The notes beneath the pieces were generated by a model, which saw only the letters and a list, made by a program, of their open reading frames with translations, was not told the DNA's origin and made no database searches. Of a stretch of DNA of 25,507 nt, positions 1 to 8,434 are shown one piece after another. The translations under genes were made by a program, and so were the position numbers. Every line of letters starts with the position of its first letter. Position 1 is the stretch's first letter. This DNA is from Candidatus Dadabacteria bacterium (GTDB taxonomy: Bacteria; Desulfobacterota_D; UBA1144; Nemesobacterales; CSP1-2), in the NCBI GenBank assembly GCA_040289575.1, contig PSLL01000034.1:1-25507 (forward strand). Reading direction: 5' to 3'.

Positions 1-155
1 GACCTCCTATTTTCTTCAATTCTACTATACCTTGTCAACCGAGGTCGTGAGATTCCTATGAGAAATAATTCTCATCGAGAAATTACAAATCGCCTTAAAC
101 GAAGATATGCACTATTGCAAGCTCTTTGAAACGATCTCAATTTGTGACTAAAATA

Positions 156-1082
156 TCATACCCTCTTTTTCTCTTCTTCAATGAGATGAATGAAACCCCT
201 GAGGCTTACCTCAACCCCTCTTTTTAGGCCCTTTAATCTCTCCGAGTTAATAAGAAACTTCTTTAAATCATCATCTCGATCTGAGATCAAATCCAAAATG
301 TCTCTTTCTTCTTTGACTCCTTTGGATAAAGCCTCGTTTATACTCTCATACCAATTTACGAGCTGATTATAATGGTTCTTTAGATTCGCCGTCACATGAT
401 GAGAAAAGCCGAAATGTGTATATGCACTTAATTTTGGTTCGAGCAAAATTAAAGTCTCAATGGATTTGAGCGCGCTGTTAAGCCTAAATGGAGGTGGTGT
501 TTGAGGAAGCGATACATCAAGGCTAGGAACATATGCCCCTACAGCATCACCTGTAAATATCACATCTCCCGGATGGAGTAGAATACAGACGTGGTGGCTT
601 GCGTGTCCCGGCGTTGGGACTATTTCAAAAGTGAGCCTCCCTAGGGTAAGATGCATTTTATTTTCAACTGCAATAGTTCTCTCTGTGGGAACCGGTTTTG
701 GCTTGCCATAGATTTGCGCGACAAATCCCAAAACCTCATTCGATGATTTCCAGAGAGTCATTTCCGGGTCTACAATGTGCGGAATACCTCTTTTATGGGC
801 TACCACATAGGCATTCGGGAAATGTTCGACAAGCACTCCCGATGCTCCCCCATGATCGAGATGCACGTGCGTAAGTAGAACGTATTTTACGTTCTCAGAA
901 CGGAATCCAATTTCACACAGAGCGTCAAGTAAGTTCCCAGCGGTACTCGCAGGACCCGATTCCACTAAAGCAACCTCCTTTCCTGAAGCAACTATGTATG
1001 CTCCTATGTATTCCTCTTCCCCATCCACCTTTAAATCTACAAACCAGAGGCCTGGCATTTCTTCTTTAAGAGAGTATTTCAT
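156..1082 (-). CDS. MBL-fold metallo-hydrolase
   Basis: HxHxDH motif (THVHLDHGG), TPGHASHH, FTGD and late THFG; AAGAGG SD upstream. Confidence 0.9.
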   Translation of the reverse strand: MKYSLKEEMPGLWFVDLKVDGEEEYIGAYIVASGKEVALVESGPASTAGNLLDALCEIGFRSENVKYVLLTHVHLDHGGASGVLVEHFPNAYVVAHKRGIPHIVDPEMTLWKSSNEVLGFVAQIYGKPKPVPTERTIAVENKMHLTLGRLTFEIVPTPGHASHHVCILLHPGDVIFTGDAVGAYVPSLDVSLPQTPPPFRLNSALKSIETLILLEPKLSAYTHFGFSHHVTANLKNHYNQLVNWYESINEALSKGVKEERDILDLISDRDDDLKKFLINSERLKGLKRGVEVSLRGFIHLIEEEKKRV

Positions 1083-1290
1083 GGGTTAACCTCTTTTTGA
1101 GTCGTTTTTATAATTATTATATTAACCGCTATAGTTGCCGTTGAGAACATATCCAATTTCGTTCTACCTTTTGTTCAGGGACTATTTCACAATATGTCAG
1201 AAAAATATTTACAAAAGTTCTTTAGGTAAGTCTATCAGTAAACAATACTCGGTTAATATAAACTTCCATGATCCTATTAACCAAGGCGGT

Positions 1291-1321
1291 GGGAAAGAAG
1301 GCGCCCCCATCATAGAGGCGC
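1291..1321 (-). terminator. Probable intrinsic terminator after the DUF1328 gene
   Basis: Minus strand GCGCCTCT-ATGAT-GGGGGCGC (8-bp stem with 2 G-U) followed by CTTCTTTCC. Confidence 0.55.
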
Positions 1322-1401
1322 TCTGTGTCGATATGCTAATTTAGTCGGCTATACACTTTTTCTTTCGATAAATGAAACCACTAGAACCCAATTTAACCGT
1401 C

Positions 1402-1569
1402 TCAGAGAGAAGTTGGTCTTCGACCAAAGATCAGGAACACTATAAACAGGATCAGAAAGATAAGAAACAGCACCTTTGCAATCCAAGCTGCAGTTCCCGC
1501 TATCCCCACAAATCCCAGAATCCCCGCAATGATTGCTATAATTAGGAAAGTCACAGCCCATGGTAACAT
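1402..1569 (-). CDS. DUF1328/UPF0391 (YtjA-like) small membrane protein, 55 aa, not in the ORF track
   Basis: Hand translation [55 protein letters not shown]; matches family pattern (WA..FL.IA.IA..LGF.GIA..AA.IAK.LF); strong SD AAGGAGGTGA at 1575-1584. Confidence 0.93.
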   Translation of the reverse strand: MLPWAVTFLIIAIIAGILGFVGIAGTAAWIAKVLFLIFLILFIVFLIFGRRPTSL

Positions 1570-1605
1570 CACTCTCACCTCCTTGTAACATATTATGCCC
1601 TTTAT

Positions 1606-1621
1606 TGCAATATCTGTACCA
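1606..1621 (-). promoter_or_regulatory. Sigma-54 (-24/-12) promoter of DUF1328 gene
   Basis: Minus strand TGGTACAGATATTGCA, exact GG-N10-GC spacing, near TGGCAC-N5-TTGC consensus; predicted start about 25 nt before the ATG. Confidence 0.8.
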
Positions 1622-1694
1622 ACAGCTCAACGCTCTTAATTTTCAATATTTATAACGGGTTATAAATAAAAGAGCCTTCCCTAAGAAGCCTGCT

Positions 1695-1733
1695 TGTGTA
1701 GTAATACACTATGGAGCTGTGCAAATCGGCATA
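1695..1733. promoter_or_regulatory. Tandem putative enhancer-binding-protein sites (UAS)
   Basis: TGTGTAGTAATACACT (1695-1710) and TGTGCAAATCGGCATA (1718-1733); TGT-N10-ACA-like dyads about 100-140 bp upstream of the predicted start. Confidence 0.6.
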
Positions 1734-1751
1734 AAAAGCACCACATCTGAG

Positions 1752-2864
1752 TTATCGCCCGAGGAATTCCCCAATTGGGGCGAGCGGCTCAATATGGTCA
1801 CAAAGTATCTTAAATATCATTAAGATGGGAACGGCTAGAAAGGCTCCAATTATTCCCCATATCCACCCCCAGAAGATAAATCCTATGAAAACGACTACCG
1901 GATTAAGAGTAAGTCGCCGGCCCAGAATCAGGGGTGTAATAAAATTGGCTTGGATAACAGTCAGGCTGAAGTAAATGACAGGGGCAAGCAGGGCATGTCC
2001 CAGGCTATCGAATGTAAAGATTGACACAGATGCAACCACACCGATTCCTAATGCAGGACCGAGATAAGGTATGAATTCGAGCAGTCCGGCCATCACGCCC
2101 CAGAGCAGGGGATTAGGCATCTTTAAAATGAACATTGCCATCCCAACCGCAATACCCATCCCCGCATATATTACAGTTACGGTAAAAAGGTACGCTGAGA
2201 TTTGACTTTGTATCTCGCGTGCAATCTCAATCCCCCGCTTCTTATCCTGCAAGGTGGGTAGTACCTTGACCAATTTACGTAGAAAAAGGTCCCCAGAGGC
2301 AAGTAGAAAATACAAATGTATAAGCGTTGTCCCCGCCCCGATAAAGGCATCCGATGTCTGGCTAAACAAAATGTCTCTAAAGCTATGACTCTCTAGCTTA
2401 ACCACCTGAGTCGCTTTGTTCTCATTAATATTTGTTATCCTCTCAGCCTGTTCTGTTACCTCACTCACCTTCTTTATTGGTTTACTCAATATACGTAATT
2501 TGTCTTCGACTTGACTCAAATTCCGTGGTGCTCTAGCTATCCAATCCGAAGCGGGTGTGGCAACCAGGGAGACTCCATAACCCACAACTCCTAAAATTGC
2601 TAAAAGCACCAGAGCAGCTCCTATTGTCTCGGGAAGGCGGAGCCTTTCAAGACCGCGCACAATGGGTCTTAAAAGGAAGGCAAAAAGTAGGGCAAGCATA
2701 ATCGGCAGCAAAAAGATACGGGCAAAATAGAATGTATAGAAGAGCGCAAGAATAAATATACCAGTCAGTGTAAAGGAGCTTTTGCTTCGAGCCTCTCTTG
2801 GGAATTCTGTGAGTTTCGTGATGTTCGGTTCACGTTCAGGCTCATTCGAATCTATTGGAAGCAC
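1752..2864 (-). CDS. AI-2E family transporter (PerM/TqsA-like)
   Basis: Multi-TM protein with FIPYLGP, P.ILGRRLTLNPVVVF and WGWIWGIIGAFLAVP signatures; GTG start with GGTGGTGA SD. Confidence 0.92.
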   Translation of the reverse strand: MLPIDSNEPEREPNITKLTEFPREARSKSSFTLTGIFILALFYTFYFARIFLLPIMLALLFAFLLRPIVRGLERLRLPETIGAALVLLAILGVVGYGVSLVATPASDWIARAPRNLSQVEDKLRILSKPIKKVSEVTEQAERITNINENKATQVVKLESHSFRDILFSQTSDAFIGAGTTLIHLYFLLASGDLFLRKLVKVLPTLQDKKRGIEIAREIQSQISAYLFTVTVIYAGMGIAVGMAMFILKMPNPLLWGVMAGLLEFIPYLGPALGIGVVASVSIFTFDSLGHALLAPVIYFSLTVIQANFITPLILGRRLTLNPVVVFIGFIFWGWIWGIIGAFLAVPILMIFKILCDHIEPLAPIGEFLGR

Positions 2865-3188
2865 TTTATCACCACCTTAGAGCCCATAACGACCCTCCAA
2901 GAAATGACCGAGTAAGGGTAAGTAAAAGGACAGATTCAATTGCCGAGCTATTTATTTCGCTTACTCTTAGATCTAATTATCTTTCTAATCTAATGACAAT
3001 AGTCAAGCCGGGGGAGTCTTATATTAGAGACAAGCCGATTTTTGACTCTGCTACCAATCAGCCGTATTAGCCTCCCTTATGTGTACTTAATATCTGTGCC
3101 TTCTTATGTATCGTACACCCCTTTTTCGCCTAATAACTGAATTATCATAGACAGCGATTGTAGACAAAGAAATTCTCGCATACTTTAT

Positions 3189-3204
3189 TGCAATATCTAT
3201 ACCA
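3189..3204 (-). promoter_or_regulatory. Sigma-54 (-24/-12) promoter upstream of AI-2E gene
   Basis: Minus strand TGGTATAGATATTGCA, GG-N10-GC; 15/16 identical to the site at 1606-1621. Confidence 0.75.
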
Positions 3205-3273
3205 GCAGATTAATATCTTAATCTTCAATTTTTATAGATACTTACTATAGGACGGTATTAAAAAGGCAGAAGT

Positions 3274-3314
3274 TGTGCATTAATGCGCAGTCACTTATAG
3301 TACATTGATGCACA
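3274..3314. promoter_or_regulatory. Tandem putative enhancer-binding-protein sites (UAS)
   Basis: TGTGCATTAATGCGCA (3274-3289) and AGTACATTGATGCACA (3299-3314); same motif and similar offset as 1695-1733. Confidence 0.6.
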
Positions 3315-3440
3315 ACCTGTCAAATTTTATTCATCATGGCGAGGCTTATACCAGAATACGGCCGACTTGTAGAGATATTATATCTTCACAAGTGTGTCCT
3401 CTTATTATAATCACGATTACATAACATAATAATGGAAATG

Positions 3441-3488
3441 AAAACCCCCTTCTCTCACCAAAATGGCGAGTAGAAGGGGGAAGTTTTT
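3441..3488 (-). terminator. Intrinsic terminator after the porin gene, possibly bidirectional
   Basis: CCCCCTTCT...AGAAGGGGG stem (3445-3480) with inner pairing, AAAA on the left and TTTTT shortly to the right. Confidence 0.75.
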
Positions 3489-3540
3489 AGATTTAGAGAG
3501 AGAGGAAACCTCTTACCGAGGATCCACTTTCCTCCTTATT

Positions 3541-5142
3541 TTACTTTTTAAAGAACTGGTCTATATAGACCAAGAGCCTTCCCTGGAATGTGAATGGTGC
3601 CTTTGGCGGGCTGGTATCTCCAGGTAGTATAGCGGGGGTCCCAGCAGGAGCAAGGGTATCAAATTCGGAAGCGGCCTTCTGCCTGTAAAGGTCTTTAAGA
3701 CCATTGCCAGCTATCACAACGCCTCCAATAAAGTCAAAATTGACACCGGGTACGACCCCGACTGAAAGCGTTCCTTCTAGCTCCGACCCAAGGAACCTTC
3801 TTACCTGATTGCTCTCACCAGTTCCAAAGAAATTCGGTGGAAGGAGAGCCTGCCTTCTATCATTCCATGCAAATAGAACCTGCGGTGTAAATGTCACGTG
3901 ATCCAGAAGCTTAACCGTTGTCCAAGCCCTTGCATAGTAGGCATTGATTACGCTATTTTCAAGTCCGTATATGGTCGGGATAATGTGTTTGAAAAGGAGG
4001 TTATCAATGTTGTATGCCGCGCTAAAAGCAAGCACGTTTCCTTGGAAATCCCCTCCATCCGCTGCACTGTTAATTTTATCGCCGACTGCCAAACCAAACT
4101 CACCCGCAAAGAGCTTTACAGGAAATCCGGGATAAACCTCAATGCGCCCGGCAGTAATTATATTTGAACGTTTAATTTTTATCTCATTGCTTGCAAATCC
4201 CAGGCTGTGCGCTCCGGTTATTTTTCCTTGAGCACCCTGAATTTCGGCTACGAATCTGAAGAAGTCTGTCTTGTAGTCAATAAGACCCGAATATAGGGTG
4301 AACCGGTCTAGGTTCGCATCAGTTCCAGCAAAGTTGGTCTGATGTATATATGGGAAGACATAACCTCCCACTGTTAGGGGTCCCTGATTATAGATAAGGG
4401 CGACTGCGCCGCCATCATATCCGTCTCCCTGTCCGTTTATTAGGGTATTTCCCTGACGGAGCCTATCGCTGACAAATACGAATGTAAATGAACCCTTATA
4501 GAGAGGCCAGGACTTAAGATAAAGGAACCTGTCAAGAACAAAACCGAGGTCTGATAGCGGGTCCCAACCGCCATTTGCCAGGATTCCAAGACCCCAGTCA
4601 AACGGCTGACGCCCCGCCCTAATGAACCCTAAATTGTCCGGGAGAACAATATCAACGTGGAGCATACGGACATTAAAGTATTGAACACTATCAGTAGGAC
4701 TTGTATGAAAAGGAGCCCCAAAAAAGCCGAGACCAGAGAATAAGACATTTTGACTGTTTGTAAGCAATGCGCCCCGAAATCTATCGGTCGGCGTTAGGGA
4801 TGAAAACACAACATCGCGCTCCAATGTGCTGTTTAGGCCACCCCAGATATTGTTATCGGCAACATCTACCTGTGCCCTAATCGTCACCGCATCGCTGAGC
4901 ACAAGCTGAGGGGTCAGACGAAGCCTTGAGTCAACGAATGTGATTTTATCATCGGCATCATTAATTCCGAGAAGCCTAGCCTCATCGTTGCTTAACGCTC
5001 CGAAGAAGGTCGCATTTTTGTAAAACTGGGGTCTAATACGGAAGAAACTGGGAAAGCCGCCCAAGGTTAGTTCGACTGCATAAGAAGGGACGGCTACAGA
5101 CACAGCCAGTAAAAAAACTATAATCCATTTGGCCCTACTCAT
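3541..5142 (-). CDS. Probable outer-membrane beta-barrel protein (porin-like)
   Basis: Sec signal peptide (cleavage near AVPSYA-V); amphipathic aromatic/Gly-rich strands (DSRLRLTPQLVLSDAVTIRAQVDV, RAGRQPFDWGLG, FLGSELEGTL); AGGAGG SD. Confidence 0.75.
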   Translation of the reverse strand: MSRAKWIIVFLLAVSVAVPSYAVELTLGGFPSFFRIRPQFYKNATFFGALSNDEARLLGINDADDKITFVDSRLRLTPQLVLSDAVTIRAQVDVADNNIWGGLNSTLERDVVFSSLTPTDRFRGALLTNSQNVLFSGLGFFGAPFHTSPTDSVQYFNVRMLHVDIVLPDNLGFIRAGRQPFDWGLGILANGGWDPLSDLGFVLDRFLYLKSWPLYKGSFTFVFVSDRLRQGNTLINGQGDGYDGGAVALIYNQGPLTVGGYVFPYIHQTNFAGTDANLDRFTLYSGLIDYKTDFFRFVAEIQGAQGKITGAHSLGFASNEIKIKRSNIITAGRIEVYPGFPVKLFAGEFGLAVGDKINSAADGGDFQGNVLAFSAAYNIDNLLFKHIIPTIYGLENSVINAYYARAWTTVKLLDHVTFTPQVLFAWNDRRQALLPPNFFGTGESNQVRRFLGSELEGTLSVGVVPGVNFDFIGGVVIAGNGLKDLYRQKAASEFDTLAPAGTPAILPGDTSPPKAPFTFQGRLLVYIDQFFKK

Positions 5143-5183
5143 CTCTCCTTACCTCCTTAGCAAGTAATTTTTAGATTGTATTA

Positions 5184-5212
5184 CTTATATATAAATTATC
5201 AACCCTTGTCAA
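5184..5212 (-). promoter_or_regulatory. Putative sigma-70 promoter of porin gene
   Basis: TTGACA-N17-TATAAG; the -35 lies inside the palindrome CCCTTG-T-CAAGGG (5203-5215). Confidence 0.5.
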
Positions 5213-5332
5213 GGGGAATTAAAAAAACGAAGGATTATAGAATCATAGGTTTAAACAGTGTAAAGTTAGGAGCTAATAAGTATAAAAAATCAATTTAAAG
5301 TTAAAAATGAAGTCCCTAAATCTTTGATAAAA

Positions 5333-6277
5333 CTAGGCCAGCTGCAACATCCTCTCAATCGCCCTTCTGGCCTTTAATGCAACTCCCTCGGGAACCTTAA
5401 CCCTATAGATATTATCCCGAAGGGAGGCTAAGACCTTATCCAAAGTAATCATCTTCATATACCTACAGACGGCCTCTTCATTTGCAGGGTAGAAGACTTT
5501 ATTGGGGTTCTCCTTTCTCATCTTGTGAAGTATTCCTGTCTCCGTAGCCACTATAAACTCCCTTGCACTTGAGCCCCTTACATGCCTAACCATACCCTCG
5601 GTTGAGAGGATGTATGTGTTCCCTCCGTCAATTGAGCCGTTGACCACATAGTACATACAAGAAGTCACACAGCCGCACTCGGGATGAATAAGCATTTCAG
5701 CTTCAGGATGGATCTCCCTCATTTTCGCAATCTGCCTGGGCCTAATCCCGGCATGAACATGGCATTCTCCAGGCCAGATATGAAGCTTTCTTCCGGTAAC
5801 CTTTGAGACATAAGCCCCAAGGAACATATCCGGGAGAAAAAGAATTTCCTTATCATCGGGGATTGAACTCACAACCTTGACAGCATTTGTTGATGTGCAG
5901 CAGTAGTCGCTTTCAGCCTTAACATCGGCTGTGGTATTAACATAAGAGACAACAACTGAATCGGGATGCTGCTTTTTCCAATTCCTTAAGTCATCAACGT
6001 TAATTGTAGAGGCAAGTGAACAGCCGGCTTCTAAATCTGGTATAAGTACCTCCTTATCTGGACAGATAATAGAGGCAGTCTCAGCCATAAAATGAACCCC
6101 GCAGAAGACTATAACATCGGCTTGAGTCCTAGCTGCAGCCTGAGAAAGCCCGAGTGAATCGCCTGTAAAATCCGCAATCTCCTGAATCTCGCCAACCTGA
6201 TAGTTATGCGCAAGTATAACGGCGTTTCTCTCTTTCTTTAACCTCTGAATCTCTTCCACAACCCATTCTTTTTCCAT
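5333..6277 (-). CDS. nadA: Quinolinate synthase A
   Basis: ILAHNYQ, FCGVHFMAE, AGCSLA, YVNT, GECHVH, HPEC, VCRYMKMITL; three Fe-S cysteines present. Confidence 0.98.
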   Translation of the reverse strand: MEKEWVVEEIQRLKKERNAVILAHNYQVGEIQEIADFTGDSLGLSQAAARTQADVIVFCGVHFMAETASIICPDKEVLIPDLEAGCSLASTINVDDLRNWKKQHPDSVVVSYVNTTADVKAESDYCCTSTNAVKVVSSIPDDKEILFLPDMFLGAYVSKVTGRKLHIWPGECHVHAGIRPRQIAKMREIHPEAEMLIHPECGCVTSCMYYVVNGSIDGGNTYILSTEGMVRHVRGSSAREFIVATETGILHKMRKENPNKVFYPANEEAVCRYMKMITLDKVLASLRDNIYRVKVPEGVALKARRAIERMLQLA

Positions 6278-6349
6278 TTTGGATCACCAATTAGGTGATG
6301 TTTTAGAATGTCATACGCTTAATATCTCTATCACCTAATTGCTTAAATA

Positions 6350-7195
6350 TCATACCACATAGAGTGCTATATCTAAAGCACGGGTTGAATGGGTAAGCAA
6401 TCCTACAGATATGAAATCAATACCGGTTTCCGCAATATGTCGGATGTTTTCCAGTGTCACACCGCCTGAGGCTTCTATAAGTGCCCTACCGTCTATAAGC
6501 CCTACGGCCTTCTTTATATCTTCAACATTCATGTTATCAACCATTATTATATCGGCACCAGCCTCAATCGCTTCTTTTACCTCATCTAAAGTAGATGCCT
6601 CAACCTCTATTTTCATCCCCGGTGCAACCCTCTCCCGAATAACCCTAACTGCACGGCTAATGCCCCCCGCAAATTTTATGTGGTTATCTTTAATGAGCAC
6701 TCCGTCATAGAGCCCAAAGCGATGATTGGTGCCACCACCTACGGAGACGGCGTATTTATCGAGAATTCTAAGCCCCGGTGCGGTTTTTCTGGTATCGAGT
6801 ATCTTCACAGAAAGCCCCTCTACGGCCTTGACGAACCTAGAAGTGAGCGTTGCAATCCCTGAAAGGCGCTGAATAAAATTCAGTGCCACTCGCTCGCCCG
6901 TAAGAATTGCCCTCTGAGAACCGAAGATTTGGGCAAGAACTTGATTCGGTTCTATTTTCTCACCGTCCCTTTTTTTCTCGTCACAGATAATACCCGTATC
7001 CAGTTTTCTAAAGACCCTCTCAGCTATAGGAAGACCAGCCAATACGCCTTCCTCCTTAGCCAGTATAATTGCCTTACACGGGATGTCATCAGAAAAAAGG
7101 AGATTCGTAGTGATGTCGCCCTCTCCTATATCCTCGCGAAGGGCGTTTTCTATTATTTGGTCTAAACGAGACCAGTCTAATTGAGTTTGAGCCAT
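6350..7195 (-). CDS. nadC: Nicotinate-nucleotide diphosphorylase (carboxylating)
   Basis: EDIGEGDIT, GERVALN, DTRKTAPG, NHRFGL, LIKDNH, EASGG motifs. Confidence 0.98.
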   Translation of the reverse strand: MAQTQLDWSRLDQIIENALREDIGEGDITTNLLFSDDIPCKAIILAKEEGVLAGLPIAERVFRKLDTGIICDEKKRDGEKIEPNQVLAQIFGSQRAILTGERVALNFIQRLSGIATLTSRFVKAVEGLSVKILDTRKTAPGLRILDKYAVSVGGGTNHRFGLYDGVLIKDNHIKFAGGISRAVRVIRERVAPGMKIEVEASTLDEVKEAIEAGADIIMVDNMNVEDIKKAVGLIDGRALIEASGGVTLENIRHIAETGIDFISVGLLTHSTRALDIALYVV

Positions 7196-7212
7196 ATTGT
7201 TGATTCAGCGCA

Positions 7213-8271
7213 TTAAGGTTTTATAGCTACTTTGATGACCCCATCTAATTGATTTGAAAATATCCTGTATGCTTCCTCTATCTCGTCGAGTGAGAATCTG
7301 TGTGTAATAAGCTGTCTCAAATTGACCCTTTCATTCTTAACCAGACTAATTAACCTCCTCATTCTCTCCTTTCCGCCAGGGCATAACGTTGAAACAATCT
7401 TCTTATCGGCTATGCCATACCCGAAATCCTGAAGGGGCACACCGATGTTTCCAAGATGTGTGGGATAAACGCCAAGGCTCGATATTGTTCCTCCGACACG
7501 GGTGCACTTTACACAGTTCTCAAAACTCTCCTGAAGCCCGATTGCCTCGATTCCCACATCAACCCCTCTTCCATTTGTAATCTTCATTATCTCTTTAACC
7601 GGATCCACCTTCTTAAAGTTGAGTACAATATCCGCCCCCATATTCTTTGACATCCTCATCCTTGGAGAAACAGAGTCAACGGCGATAATTAGGGCAGCAC
7701 CCTTGAGCTTAGCCCCTGCGGTGGCACTCAGTCCAATCGGTCCCTGTCCGAATACGGCAACAATATCCCCAACCTGAATGTCTGCGCTTTCAGCCCCGGA
7801 AAGACCAGTTGAGAAGATGTCGGTTGTAAAAAGCACATCCTCATCAGAAAGCTCATCAGGAATCCTGGTTAAGTTTGCCATAGCGTTTGGAATCTTTACA
7901 TAATCCGCCTGACAGCCATCAATAGTGTTGCCCATCTTCCACCCACCTAAAAACCCTCCACACTGAGACCAGTTTGCAGAAAGGCAGTATTCACACTGAC
8001 CGCATGGAGTAATGGCATTAATTGCCACCCGCTCCCCCTTTTTATAACCAGTGACACCATCGCCGAGTTCATGGATGATCCCGATTGGCTCATGCCCTAT
8101 GATTTGGCCGGCTCTTACAGGGTATTCCCCTTTCATTATGTGAATATCAGTACCGCATATTGTAGTAAGGGTTACCTTAATGACCGCCTCGCCGGGACCA
8201 GCCTTTGGAACCGGACGGTCTACGAGTCCTATTTTGTTAGGCCCCTTAAAGACATTTGCCCTCATCTTCAT
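7213..8271 (-). CDS. Zinc-dependent alcohol dehydrogenase (MDR family)
   Basis: CGTD, GHE, structural-Zn CxxCxxC-x7-C, Asp third ligand (TDIFSTG), GQGPIG Rossmann motif, LCPGG; AGGAGG SD. Confidence 0.93.
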   Translation of the reverse strand: MKMRANVFKGPNKIGLVDRPVPKAGPGEAVIKVTLTTICGTDIHIMKGEYPVRAGQIIGHEPIGIIHELGDGVTGYKKGERVAINAITPCGQCEYCLSANWSQCGGFLGGWKMGNTIDGCQADYVKIPNAMANLTRIPDELSDEDVLFTTDIFSTGLSGAESADIQVGDIVAVFGQGPIGLSATAGAKLKGAALIIAVDSVSPRMRMSKNMGADIVLNFKKVDPVKEIMKITNGRGVDVGIEAIGLQESFENCVKCTRVGGTISSLGVYPTHLGNIGVPLQDFGYGIADKKIVSTLCPGGKERMRRLISLVKNERVNLRQLITHRFSLDEIEEAYRIFSNQLDGVIKVAIKP

Positions 8272-8319
8272 CTTAGCACCTCCTAAAAATTGCCCCCTCT
8301 TTAAAAAGGGTTTATTTCC

Positions 8320-8349
8320 ATTCTATGCCATTTGCCCATATCAGGTCAA
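8320..8349 (-). promoter_or_regulatory. Putative internal sigma-70 promoter for adh-nadC-nadA
   Basis: TTGACC-N18-TAGAAT in the nadB-adh gap. Confidence 0.5.
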
Positions 8350-8434
8350 CCACCTTCTCAATCTCGGAATAAAAAATTACCACAGGGTACATTAGAGAAT
8401 TCTAATTAAAAAAGAAAATTCTGTGCACCCCGGG

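Noticed and set aside
1349..1630. 93-aa Cys-rich ORF
   Set aside because: Alternative frame over the DUF1328 gene; TTG start lies upstream of the sigma-54 promoter and has no SD.
3365..3393. Imperfect palindrome ACTTGTAGAGATA-TTA-TATCTTCACAAGT
   Set aside because: Single copy, not shared with the other sigma-54 module, no assignable role.
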